Shown here piece after piece: positions 28,323 to 37,261 of a stretch of 64,000 nt of DNA (the first letter of the stretch is position 1; every line of letters starts with the position of its first letter). Made by a program: the position numbers and the translations under genes. Below the pieces are notes generated by a model, which worked only from the letters and a program-made list of their open reading frames with translations, was not told where the DNA came from and did not search any database. Source of the stretch: Candidatus Marinacidobacterium sp. (GTDB lineage: Bacteria > Acidobacteriota > Vicinamibacteria > Marinacidobacterales > Marinacidobacteraceae); NCBI GenBank assembly GCA_965220965.1, contig OZ244852.1, forward strand, positions 1,856,001 through 1,920,000, read 5' to 3'.

Positions 28323-29690
28323 ATGCCGGCGCCGGAACTTCGCCGCGACCTCGACGGCATATTCCGGGCGGGGCTGGCCGCGGCCGACCCGGGCCCGATC
28401 CTGACCCGCGACCTCCACGGCTCGCCGGCGGGCGGATGGTCCTTCCGGGGAGAGCCCCTGCTGCCGGCGAGGGTGGATCCTCAGGATCCGGTCTTCGTGT
28501 TCGGCGCCGGAAAGGCGGCCGCCGCGCTGGGCGGCGCGATCCACCGCCAACTCGAGGGGGAGGAGCTTCGCGGCCGGATCATCGTCAAGCGGGGGCACAC
28601 GATGGCGGTCCCCGGCGTCCTGATCGAGGAGGCGGCGCATCCGGTCCCCGACGCCGATTCGGCGGCCGCGACCGCGCGTCTGCTGAAGGATCTCGCCGCC
28701 GTCCCGGCCGGGCGCCGGGTGCTGTTTGTGATCACCGGAGGGGCGTCGGCGCTGCTCGCCGCTCCCGCGCCGGGGATCCGGCTCGAGGAAAAGACCCGAA
28801 CCACCGAACTCCTTCTCGGCTCGGGGGCGGACATCCACGAGATGAACACCGTCCGCAAGCACCTCTCCTCGGTCAAGGGCGGCCGGCTGATCCCGGCGCT
28901 GGCGGGCCGCCGGACCGCCGTCCTGCTGATCTCGGATGTGGTGGGAGACGACCTGACGTCCATCGGGTCCGGACCGCTGACGCCCGATCCGACGACGTTC
29001 GCGGAGGCGCTCGCTGTCCTGGAGCGCCACCAACTGGGCGCCGAGGTCCCGCCGGCGGTCCTCGACCGTCTGCGCGCCGGCGTCCGGGGCGAGATCGAGG
29101 AGACACCCTCCGACTCCGAAGCGGCTCCGCCCCACCACATCCTCGCCAGCAACCGGCTGTCGGTGGACGCGGCGCGCGAGGAGGCCGAACGGCGCGGCTA
29201 CCGGACGGTGATCTTCGGTCGCGACCTGACCGGCGAAGTGCGGGCCACGGCGCAGGAGTTCTCCGCCAGGCTGCGGGAACTGGCGGCGGCGCCCCGAAGG
29301 ACCGCACTCCTCGCCGGAGGCGAACTGACGCTCCGGGTCACGGGCGACGGTCGGGGCGGACGAAGCCAGGAGTTCGCCCTGGTGGCGGCCCGGGAGCTCG
29401 AGGGAACGAGGGGCGCCGCGCTCCTCGCGGCCGGCACCGACGGCACCGACGGACCGACGGACGCCGCGGGGGCGGCGGTGGACGGCGGGAGCTGGCTGCG
29501 CGCCCGCGACATGGGCTGCGACCCGGCCGGGGCGCTGGCGCGGAACGACTCGTGGACCCTCTTTCGCCGCACCGGAGAGCTCCTGATCACTGGCCCCACC
29601 GGGACCAACGTGATGGACCTGGTCATCGGGCTGACCGGGGGCCGCCCCGACGGATCGCCCCCCGGAAGGGAGTCGTCAGGCGCAGGTTGA
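28323..29690 (+). CDS. Glycerate kinase type 2 (DUF4147/MOFRL)
   Basis: GGAGGA SD; GAGKAA, AAHPVPD, TGGASAL, RKHLSSVKGG, ISDVVGDD, GGRSQE, GTDGTDG, TGPTGTNVMD. Confidence 0.9.
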   Translation: MPAPELRRDLDGIFRAGLAAADPGPILTRDLHGSPAGGWSFRGEPLLPARVDPQDPVFVFGAGKAAAALGGAIHRQLEGEELRGRIIVKRGHTMAVPGVLIEEAAHPVPDADSAAATARLLKDLAAVPAGRRVLFVITGGASALLAAPAPGIRLEEKTRTTELLLGSGADIHEMNTVRKHLSSVKGGRLIPALAGRRTAVLLISDVVGDDLTSIGSGPLTPDPTTFAEALAVLERHQLGAEVPPAVLDRLRAGVRGEIEETPSDSEAAPPHHILASNRLSVDAAREEAERRGYRTVIFGRDLTGEVRATAQEFSARLRELAAAPRRTALLAGGELTLRVTGDGRGGRSQEFALVAARELEGTRGAALLAAGTDGTDGPTDAAGAAVDGGSWLRARDMGCDPAGALARNDSWTLFRRTGELLITGPTGTNVMDLVIGLTGGRPDGSPPGRESSGAG

Positions 29691-30527
29691 GAAGGCGCGG
29701 GCCTCGAATCGACGTCGGACGCGCCGGACGGCGACGCGCCTCGCGCGCGCGCCTCCACCTGAGCCCCCGCCCGCCTGCGCCGGGAGCCTTTGCGCCCGGC
29801 CCGCCCGGTCCGCCGGCGACCTGCGCGCGCCGGCCATCGTCGGCCGCAGAATCCCGCGTAACGCGAGGCGGATCTGACGCAGCCGGCGGGAAACCGAGGA
29901 GGGGCTGAGCGGAACCGAGCGCAGTTGGGCGATCTCCATGACCGGGACGCCGTCCATGAAGTAGAGCTGGAACAGGTGGCGGTTCAACTGCTGCTGCCGG
30001 GGGTCCCTGGTCATCCCTTCGAGGGCGCGCCGGATGAGTTCCTTCGTCTCGCGCTCCCGGACGGCCCGCTCCGGATCGAAGGTCCCGTCGTCGTTCTCTC
30101 TCCTGTCCGGCGCCCGCTGATCGAGCGTCATCGGGTCCACCGAAACGATCGCCCGCCGATCCGTGGCTCCGCGGGATTCCATCCGTCGAAACTGGTCCAC
30201 GATGAGGTTCGCGGCGATCCGGCGGATGTAGCCGTCGAGAGACTCGCCTCGCTCCCCGGCGAAGCGGCTCAGATCCTGGCGGGAGCGCAAGAACAGGCGC
30301 AGGACCACTTCCTGGGCCACATCCTCCAGCGTGTCGGCGGCGCCCATCCGCCACCGGGCCCACCTGCGCCACGCCAGCATGTTGCCGATCAGGAGTTCGC
30401 ACCTCCGACGCAGCATCCCCCAGCGAGGGTCGTCCGGAGGGGCCGCGGCCAGCTCATGCATCAGATCCCAGGAGCTTCCGGGGACGCGCCCGGGACGGCG
30501 CTCCGGGCGGGGCGGACGAGGGGGCAA
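29676..30527 (-). CDS. ECF-type RNA polymerase sigma-70 factor
   Basis: EDVAQEVVLRLF, YIRRIAANLIVDQFRR (region 2); FQLYFMDGVPVMEIA...SVSRRLRQIR (region 4); start uncertain. Confidence 0.78.
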   Translation of the reverse strand: MPPRPPRPERRPGRVPGSSWDLMHELAAAPPDDPRWGMLRRRCELLIGNMLAWRRWARWRMGAADTLEDVAQEVVLRLFLRSRQDLSRFAGERGESLDGYIRRIAANLIVDQFRRMESRGATDRRAIVSVDPMTLDQRAPDRRENDDGTFDPERAVRERETKELIRRALEGMTRDPRQQQLNRHLFQLYFMDGVPVMEIAQLRSVPLSPSSVSRRLRQIRLALRGILRPTMAGARRSPADRAGRAQRLPAQAGGGSGGGARARRVAVRRVRRRFEARAFSTCA

Positions 30528-30560
30528 GGGCGCCGCAGTCTATCGGGGCGCCTCCACGAT

Positions 30561-32234
30561 TCAGGGCGCGCGAGGCGTCGCGCTGATGGGGGTGGTCCGA
30601 CGGCTCTCGTTGGGCGGAATGGCGTCGTCAACCGCGCTCACCGAGTACGCGTAGACCAGGCCCGGATCCCGGTTCTCATCGTCGAAGGATCGCCCCGGAA
30701 CCGGCTCGCCGGTGAGTCGAACGGGTTCGGGATCCCCCGGTCCGGCGCGGTAGACATGAAAGCCGGCGAGGTCCGACGGCGGCGGCAGCGGATCGGTGAA
30801 GTTCCAGGTGAGTTCGGTGCGCTCGGGGCGCCACACGACGCGAAGCCCGGTCGGCATCGGGGGCGGGAACACATCGAGCGGAACGACGCATTCCTCCGGG
30901 GAGAAGGGTCCCAGGCTCTGCGCCGAGGCTCCGGCGCCCGAGACCCGGGCCGGCAACGGCGTCCAGGGGAGCGGCGCATCGCCGGGGGCGGGCGCAGCGG
31001 TCGACGCCGGGTCCTCCGCGACCGGGCCCGGATCGGGCAGCTCCCCGGGTTCCTCGCTCCCGGCGAACACCAGCCGGACCCGGTAGCAGACTTCCTCCCC
31101 GAACACCGCGCCCGACGGATCGGCGCGCGACGGACCAGTCGCCTGCCCAACCGTCTCTTCAACGTCGCCGCGGCGGCGAACCACTTCGTAGAGCGCATGG
31201 CCGAACCGGGGCGCCCCGCCGGGGGCCTGCGAGATGTCGTTCCAGAGCAGGGTGATGGCCCGCTGCTCCACCCGGATCTCGAGGCCTTCCGGCGCCGGCG
31301 GATCGCCCGAAACATCGAGCGCGCGCGCCGGACTCGCCTCCCCGGAAGCTCCGGAGGCCTCGTAGCGGACCTGGACCTCCAGCCGCCGGCCAACCCAGGC
31401 CGGATCCAGCGGCGCCCGGAACCGGAGCTCCTCCCCGGGGACCCGCGACGGGACCTCGGCGAGCACTTCGAACGCCGGTTCCGAGAGGTCGAGGTCGAAC
31501 GGTTCGGGCGCTCCCGGGTCCGGGAGTTCGCCGCCCGCTCCGCCGCCGGGCGTGGCCGGAGGCGGCGCCTCCGGGCCGGTCGGCGCCGCGCCGGTTCCCT
31601 CCTTCTGGGCGCCCGGTTCACCGGCCGGCGTCCCTTCCGGAGGATCGGCGGGAGCGGGCGCTGCTTCCGCGACGGTGGTTGGCGGCGTCCCTTCCGGAGG
31701 ATCGGCGGGAGCGGGCGCTGGTTCCGTGTCGGTGGTTGGCGGCGTCCCTTCCGGAGGATCGGCGGGAGCGGGCTCCGTCTCCGCGTCGATGGTTGGCCGC
31801 GTCTCTTCCGGAGAATCCGCGGGAGCGGGCGCTGCTTCCGCCTCGGTGATCGGCGGATCCCCTTCGGACGCCGGCGCAGGCTCCGCGTTCGTCGCCGCGC
31901 GCCTCGCCGCTCGCTGCGCCGCGGCCAGCGCATCGAGGTCGAGCACCCGGTAGAGAACGACCGCCCGCCGCAGCCCCACCGCCGCGGTCACGCCGCGGAC
32001 ATCGGTGCGCGGCGCGGTCCAACGGATCTCGACCTCGCCGGCCTCCTGCCGGAGGACCGGCGCCTCGGGCGCCGCCGGGACGACGCGCAGCGGCGGGAGC
32101 GGCGGCCCCCGCCGTCCACACCCGGGACCCGAGAGAACGGCCCCGCATCCGATCAGAGCCAACGCCCATTTCGCGCCGGACCTCCCGAGGCCGAGACGCC
32201 CGCCGCGACCCGCCGGCGCGACCCGGAGAATCAC
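30561..32234 (-). CDS. Probable lipoprotein with fibronectin type III-like beta domains and Pro-rich repeat insert
   Basis: Signal-like segment then CGRRGPPLPP; IRWTAP, ITLLWND, DVFPPPMPTGL, LAGFHVYR, YSVSAVD, NES; start approximate. Confidence 0.7.
   Translation of the reverse strand: MILRVAPAGRGGRLGLGRSGAKWALALIGCGAVLSGPGCGRRGPPLPPLRVVPAAPEAPVLRQEAGEVEIRWTAPRTDVRGVTAAVGLRRAVVLYRVLDLDALAAAQRAARRAATNAEPAPASEGDPPITEAEAAPAPADSPEETRPTIDAETEPAPADPPEGTPPTTDTEPAPAPADPPEGTPPTTVAEAAPAPADPPEGTPAGEPGAQKEGTGAAPTGPEAPPPATPGGGAGGELPDPGAPEPFDLDLSEPAFEVLAEVPSRVPGEELRFRAPLDPAWVGRRLEVQVRYEASGASGEASPARALDVSGDPPAPEGLEIRVEQRAITLLWNDISQAPGGAPRFGHALYEVVRRRGDVEETVGQATGPSRADPSGAVFGEEVCYRVRLVFAGSEEPGELPDPGPVAEDPASTAAPAPGDAPLPWTPLPARVSGAGASAQSLGPFSPEECVVPLDVFPPPMPTGLRVVWRPERTELTWNFTDPLPPPSDLAGFHVYRAGPGDPEPVRLTGEPVPGRSFDDENRDPGLVYAYSVSAVDDAIPPNESRRTTPISATPRAP
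31627..31885 (-). repeat. 57-nt tandem repeat, about 4.5 copies, encoding 19-aa Pro/Ala/Glu/Thr units
   Basis: GGCGTCCCTTCCGGAGGATCGGCGGGAGCGGGC at 31627, 31684, 31741; degenerate copies at 31798 and 31855. Confidence 0.9.
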
Positions 32235-32239
32235 GACCT

Positions 32240-33685
32240 CTACAGAATGAACCGGGACAGGTCCTCGTTCTCCACGATGCCCTCGAGCATCCGGTCGACG
32301 TACTTCCTGTCGATCATCCACTTCCGGCGGCGGAGGTCCGGGGCGTCGAACAGGAGATCCTCGAGCACGCGCTCCACCACGGTGTGGAGGCGCCGGGCGC
32401 CGATGTCCTCCATCCGTTCGTTCACTTCGGCCGCGACTTCGGCGATCTCCCGGATGGCGCCCTTGCGGAAGTGGAGCGCCAGGCCCTCGGTCTCCAGCAG
32501 CGCCTGATACTGCTTCAGCAAAGCGCCCTCGGGCTCGGTCAGGATGCGCTCGAAGTCGTCCACCGTCAGAGGATCCAGCTCCACCCGGATGGGGAAGCGG
32601 CCCTGGAGCTCGGGGAGCAGATCGGAAGGACGGTTCTCCTGGAAGGCGCCCGCCGCAATGAACAGGATGTGGTCGGTGTGCACGACCCCGTGACGGGTGG
32701 AGACCGACGATCCGTCGAAGAGGGGCAACAGATCGCGCTGGACTCCTTCGCGGGAGACATCGGGTCCGCCGCCGTCCCGGAAGCTGGCCACCTTGTCCAG
32801 CTCATCGATGAAGATGATTCCGTGGTCCTCGGCGCGTTCGATGGCGCGGGCCTCGATGTCGCGGGGATCCATCAGCCGGTCCTCTTCCTCGCGGACGAAG
32901 TAGCTCAGCGCGTCCGCAACGAGCATCTCGGTGCGCCGGAAGCGGGGACCGAAGAGGCCGCGGATCGCTTCCGCGCCGCTGCCGTCGGGATCCTCCTCCG
33001 GGGAGATGAGGGAATCGAAGATAGGAGGCGTCGGCTCGCGCACATCGACGACCACGGTCCGCTCGTTCAGCTCCCCCCGGCGCAGCCGTCCGCGGAGCAG
33101 GTCCCGATGCGCGCCCAGGTCCCGCGTCCCGCGGAGGTCCGGTTCCGGGCTGGATCCGCTCCCGGCGCCGTCGCCCGGGCCGCTGGAAGAATCCGGGCGC
33201 TCCTCGCCTTCGTCCGGGGGGCCTCCCTCCGGCAGAAGAAGATCCAGCACCCGCTCCTCGGCGTTGTCGTCGATCTGCCCCTGCATCACCTTGAGGAGGT
33301 CCTTCCGGACCAACTGGATCGAGACCTCGACGAGGTCGCGGACCATGGACTCCACGTCCCGCCCCACGTAGCCCACCTCGGTGAACTTGGACGCCTCGAC
33401 CTTCACGAAGGGAGACCTGGAGAGTCCGGCGAGCCGCCGCGCGATTTCCGTCTTGCCCACCCCGGTGGGCCCGATCATGAGGATGTTCCGGGGAACGATC
33501 TCGTCGGCGATGTCATCCGAGACGTGCATCCGGCGCGCGCGGTTGCGCAACGCCACGGCGACAGCGCGCTTCGCCCGGTGCTGTCCGATCACGAACCGGT
33601 CGAGCCTGTCGACGATTTCCCGGGGCGTGCGTTCCTCGAATCGGGCGGGCGGCTCGCTCCCGACCGCGGGGAGAATCCTTACCAG
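32240..33685 (-). CDS. hslU: ATP-dependent protease ATPase subunit (probable CTG start)
   Basis: TPREIVDRLDRFVIGQ, GPTGVGKTEIARRLA, TEVGYVGRDV, FIDELDKV, VSREGVQRDLLP, IGARRLHT, DLSRFIL. Confidence 0.95.
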   Translation of the reverse strand: MVRILPAVGSEPPARFEERTPREIVDRLDRFVIGQHRAKRAVAVALRNRARRMHVSDDIADEIVPRNILMIGPTGVGKTEIARRLAGLSRSPFVKVEASKFTEVGYVGRDVESMVRDLVEVSIQLVRKDLLKVMQGQIDDNAEERVLDLLLPEGGPPDEGEERPDSSSGPGDGAGSGSSPEPDLRGTRDLGAHRDLLRGRLRRGELNERTVVVDVREPTPPIFDSLISPEEDPDGSGAEAIRGLFGPRFRRTEMLVADALSYFVREEEDRLMDPRDIEARAIERAEDHGIIFIDELDKVASFRDGGGPDVSREGVQRDLLPLFDGSSVSTRHGVVHTDHILFIAAGAFQENRPSDLLPELQGRFPIRVELDPLTVDDFERILTEPEGALLKQYQALLETEGLALHFRKGAIREIAEVAAEVNERMEDIGARRLHTVVERVLEDLLFDAPDLRRRKWMIDRKYVDRMLEGIVENEDLSRFIL

Positions 33686-33688
33686 AAG

Positions 33689-34225
33689 TCAAACCTCTTC
33701 AAAGGCGAACTCTTTGTTGGTGTAGATGCAGATGTCGCTCGTGACCCGCATCGCCTCCTCGGCGATCTCGCGGGCCGAGAGCCTCGTCCGGGAGGCGAGG
33801 GCCCGGGCCGCGGCGATGGCTTCGGATGCGCCAGCGCCGATAGCCATGATGCCGTCGTCCGGCTGCATGAGGTCCCCATCGCCGGACAGCAGGAACATCT
33901 GCCCCCGGTTCGCCACCAGCAGGAGCGCGTCCAGGTGGCGCATCACCCGGTCCGTCCTCCAGTCCTGGGCGAGCTCCACCGCGGCCCGCTCCAGATTGCC
34001 GCGGTGCCCTTCGAGCTTCGTCTCGAATTTGGCCAGCAGCGCCAGCGCGTCGGCGGTGGCGCCCGCGAACCCGGCGACAACGGTCCCGTCGCCCATGCGG
34101 CGGAGCTTCCGCGCCCGGTGTTTCACGACGATTTCCCCGAGCGTGACCTGCCCGTCCGCTACCAGCGTGGTGCTGTCGCCCCGCCGCACAGCCAGAACGG
34201 TCGTCGCGTGGAACGAGGAGGGCAC
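33689..34225 (-). CDS. hslV: ATP-dependent protease peptidase subunit
   Basis: FHA-TTVLAVR, DGQVTLG, GFAGATADA, LAQDWRTDR, DICIYTN. Confidence 0.95.
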   Translation of the reverse strand: MPSSFHATTVLAVRRGDSTTLVADGQVTLGEIVVKHRARKLRRMGDGTVVAGFAGATADALALLAKFETKLEGHRGNLERAAVELAQDWRTDRVMRHLDALLLVANRGQMFLLSGDGDLMQPDDGIMAIGAGASEAIAAARALASRTRLSAREIAEEAMRVTSDICIYTNKEFAFEEV

Positions 34226-34440
34226 GGGGGAGGAAGTCTGCGCAGGATCGCGCGGCGGGGCGGCGACCGGTCTCAGGAACGGACGGACATCCTCACGGAG
34301 AAGGGCCCTCGGGGCGCCAGCCGCGACGGGAGAGGGAACACCACGGAAAGGGCGTGGCGAAACCGGATCGGGAACCCGACAGTATACCGGCGCCCGCTCC
34401 GGACGCGGATGGAATCGCGAGACGCCGGTAGGATGGCGCG

Positions 34441-34854
34441 GTGAGGCTCCTTCGGGCGGTTGCGCTCCTCAGCGCGATCTACGACCTGCTGATCGGAGGC
34501 GCGATGCTCTTCGCGCTCGACGCGTTCACGGCGCTGTTCGGAGTCGCCCCGCCGGAGCATCCGATCAACGCGAACCTGAACGGCCTGTTCGCGACCGCCG
34601 TGGGAATCGGCTATCTGGCGGTGCTCCGCCGGCCCGACGAGAACCGCTGGTACCTGTGGATCATGGGACCCGGCCTGAAGGGCGGCGGCGCCCTCCTCTT
34701 CACGCTGGATTTCCTGCTGCGGGGATCGCCGGCGTCGTTCCTCCTCTTCGCCGTTTCCGACGGGCTGCTGGCGGTTCTGACCTGGCTGGCGCTGCGGCGG
34801 ACAGCCCCGCGCGGGGTATCCGCCGAGGGACCGGCGCACGGAGAAGCCGGGTAG
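34441..34854 (+). CDS. Hypothetical membrane protein (about 4 hydrophobic segments)
   Basis: Hydrophobic 137-aa ORF; TAGGAT 6 nt before GTG. Confidence 0.7.
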   Translation: MRLLRAVALLSAIYDLLIGGAMLFALDAFTALFGVAPPEHPINANLNGLFATAVGIGYLAVLRRPDENRWYLWIMGPGLKGGGALLFTLDFLLRGSPASFLLFAVSDGLLAVLTWLALRRTAPRGVSAEGPAHGEAG

Positions 34855-34965
34855 AATTCGACCTCCCCGCGCGACCCCCGTCACCGGGTCCCCAGGCGGT
34901 CCCCGCCGACGCCCCGACCCGCTCCGGGGCATGAGGAGGCCGGGCCCCGCAGCCGACACCCCTTC

Positions 34966-35622
34966 ATGCAGATCTTTCTCGACACCGCGGATCTCTCGGC
35001 GATCTCGCGCGCGGCGGCCATGGGACTGGTGGACGGCGTGACCACGAACCCGTCGCTGATGGCGAAGGAGCAGGGTGACCCGAGGGACATCCTGGCGCGG
35101 ATCGCCGCCGTCGTTCCCGGGGACGTCTCCGCGGAGGTTCTCTCCACCGACGCCGACGGGATGGTCCGGGAAGGCCTCGAGCTGGCGCAGATCGCCCCGA
35201 ACATCGTCATCAAGTGCCCTCTGACGCCCGACGGACTCCGCGCCGTGCGGGAACTCGCGGAGCACGAGATCCGGGTCAACGTGACGCTCTGCTTCAGCCT
35301 GCCGCAGGCGCTGTTCGCCGCGAAGGCGGGCGCCTACATCATCAGCCCGTTCGTTGGGCGGCTGGACGACATCTCGAGCCAGGGCATGGGTCTCGTCGAG
35401 GAGATCCGCGAGGTCTACGAGAACTACGGGTTCCCGACGAAGATCCTGGTCGCCAGCATCCGGAACCCGCTGCACGTGGTGGAAGCCGCCAGGCTGGGCG
35501 CCCACATCGCCACGATGCCGCCGAAGGTGCTCGATCTGCTCATCCGCCACCCGCTGACCGACATCGGGCTCGAGCGCTTCCTGAAGGACTGGGAGGCGGC
35601 CCGCTCCGCTCGCGAGAGCTGA
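34966..35622 (+). CDS. fsa: Fructose-6-phosphate aldolase / transaldolase (short type)
   Basis: MQIFLDTAD, GVTTNPSL, VIKCP, NVTLCFS, ISPFVGRLDD, ASIRNP, HPLTDIGL. Confidence 0.93.
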   Translation: MQIFLDTADLSAISRAAAMGLVDGVTTNPSLMAKEQGDPRDILARIAAVVPGDVSAEVLSTDADGMVREGLELAQIAPNIVIKCPLTPDGLRAVRELAEHEIRVNVTLCFSLPQALFAAKAGAYIISPFVGRLDDISSQGMGLVEEIREVYENYGFPTKILVASIRNPLHVVEAARLGAHIATMPPKVLDLLIRHPLTDIGLERFLKDWEAARSARES

Positions 35623-35661
35623 GCCGGACGCGTCTTCCGACGCCGCCGCAATCCGCCCGCG

Positions 35662-37221
35662 ATGCCGGCTGACGACGGGTGGACCGCCGCCCGCGAACTG
35701 GAAGCGCGGAACCGGCGCGCGCTCGAGGCGGGCGGCGAAGCGCGGCTCGAACGCCAGCGGCGCTCGGGACGGCTCACCGCGAGAGAACGGATCGCCCACC
35801 TGCTGGATCCCGGCAGCTTCGAGGAGTTCGGCAGGCTCGTCGAGCATCGGTCCACCGGGTTTGGCGTCGACGAAACGCGCGTGCCCGGAGACGGAGTCGT
35901 CACCGGCTCGGGGCGGGTGGACGGCAGACCGATCTACGTCTTCGCCCAGGACTTCACGGTGCTCGGGGGCTCGCTGAGCGAGGCGAACGCGGGAAAGATC
36001 TGCCGCCTGATGGATCTCGCGGTGCGGCAGGGCGCTCCCATCATCGGGCTGAACGACTCCGGCGGCGCGCGGATCCAGGAGGGGGTCGTCTCGCTGGCCG
36101 GGTACGCGGACATCTTCCTCAGGAACACGCTGGCCTCCGGCGTCGTCCCGCAGATTTCGGCGATCCTCGGCCCCTGCGCCGGAGGGGCGGTCTACTCACC
36201 CGCCATCACCGACTTCACGATCATGAGCCGGGGGACGAGCTACATGTTCGTGACCGGGCCCGACGTGATCCGCACGGTGACGCACGAAGAGGTCTCGATG
36301 GAGGAGCTCGGCGGCGCCGAGACCCACAACACGGTGTCCGGCAACGCCCACTTCCTCGGCGAGAACGACGAGGAGTGCCTCGATCTGATCCGCGATCTGC
36401 TGTCGTTCCTCCCGGGGAACAATCTGGACGACCCTCCGCGGAAGGAGACCGCGGATCCCCCGGACCGGGAGATCCCCGCCCTCGACCGCCTGGTCCCCGA
36501 AGCTCCGGACCAGCCCTACGATGTGCGGGAACTCGTCGGCGAGATCGTGGACGACGGCGTCTTCCTCGAGGTCCAGGCGCTGCACGCGGCGAACCTGGTC
36601 GTCGGGTTCGCCCGTCTCGGGGGCGCCCCGGTCGGGATCGTGGCGAACCAGCCGGCGGTCCTCGCCGGCGTCCTGGACATCGAGGCCTCGGTGAAGGGCG
36701 CCCGGTTCGTCCGCTTCTGCGACGCGTTCAACATCCCGCTCGTGACCTTCGAGGATGTGCCCGGGTTCCTGCCCGGAACGCGGCAGGAGTGGGGCGGGAT
36801 CATCCGCCACGGGGCCAAGCTGCTCTACGCCTTCGCCGAGGCGACGGTCCCGAAGGTCACGGTGATCGTGCGCAAGGCCTACGGCGGGGCGTACTGCGTG
36901 ATGGCGAGCAAGCACATCCGCACCGACCTGAACTACGCCTGGCCGGGGGCCGAAATCGCGGTCATGGGCCCCGAGGGCGCCGTCAACGTTCTCTACCGGC
37001 GCGAACTCCGCGAGGCGAAGGATCCGGAGGCGCTTCGCGCCGAGCGGGTGGCCGCCTACCGGGCGCGGTTCGCGAGTCCCTTCGTCGCGGCGGAACGCGG
37101 CTACGTGGACGAGGTCATCCAGCCGCGCGCCACCCGCAAGCGACTGACCGCGGCGCTCCGCTCGCTGGCGACGAAGCGGGACCGGAACCCGCCCAGGAAG
37201 CACGGCAACATCCCGCTGTGA
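35662..37221 (+). CDS. pccB: Acyl-CoA carboxylase carboxyltransferase subunit (propionyl-CoA carboxylase beta-like)
   Basis: [68 protein letters not shown]. Confidence 0.9.
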   Translation: MPADDGWTAARELEARNRRALEAGGEARLERQRRSGRLTARERIAHLLDPGSFEEFGRLVEHRSTGFGVDETRVPGDGVVTGSGRVDGRPIYVFAQDFTVLGGSLSEANAGKICRLMDLAVRQGAPIIGLNDSGGARIQEGVVSLAGYADIFLRNTLASGVVPQISAILGPCAGGAVYSPAITDFTIMSRGTSYMFVTGPDVIRTVTHEEVSMEELGGAETHNTVSGNAHFLGENDEECLDLIRDLLSFLPGNNLDDPPRKETADPPDREIPALDRLVPEAPDQPYDVRELVGEIVDDGVFLEVQALHAANLVVGFARLGGAPVGIVANQPAVLAGVLDIEASVKGARFVRFCDAFNIPLVTFEDVPGFLPGTRQEWGGIIRHGAKLLYAFAEATVPKVTVIVRKAYGGAYCVMASKHIRTDLNYAWPGAEIAVMGPEGAVNVLYRRELREAKDPEALRAERVAAYRARFASPFVAAERGYVDEVIQPRATRKRLTAALRSLATKRDRNPPRKHGNIPL

Positions 37222-37261
37222 CCGCGCGCCGGATGCGCTCCGCGAGGCGGCCTCCCCGCTG

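Noticed and set aside
31627-31885. Repeat array as CRISPR
   Set aside because: Period is 57 nt (multiple of 3), the spacers resemble each other, it lies in a coding frame, and no cas genes are present
33689-33691. Selenocysteine readthrough at the hslV stop
   Set aside because: The position is the normal HslV C-terminus, not a Cys column, and no SECIS-like hairpin is evident; a CTG start is simpler
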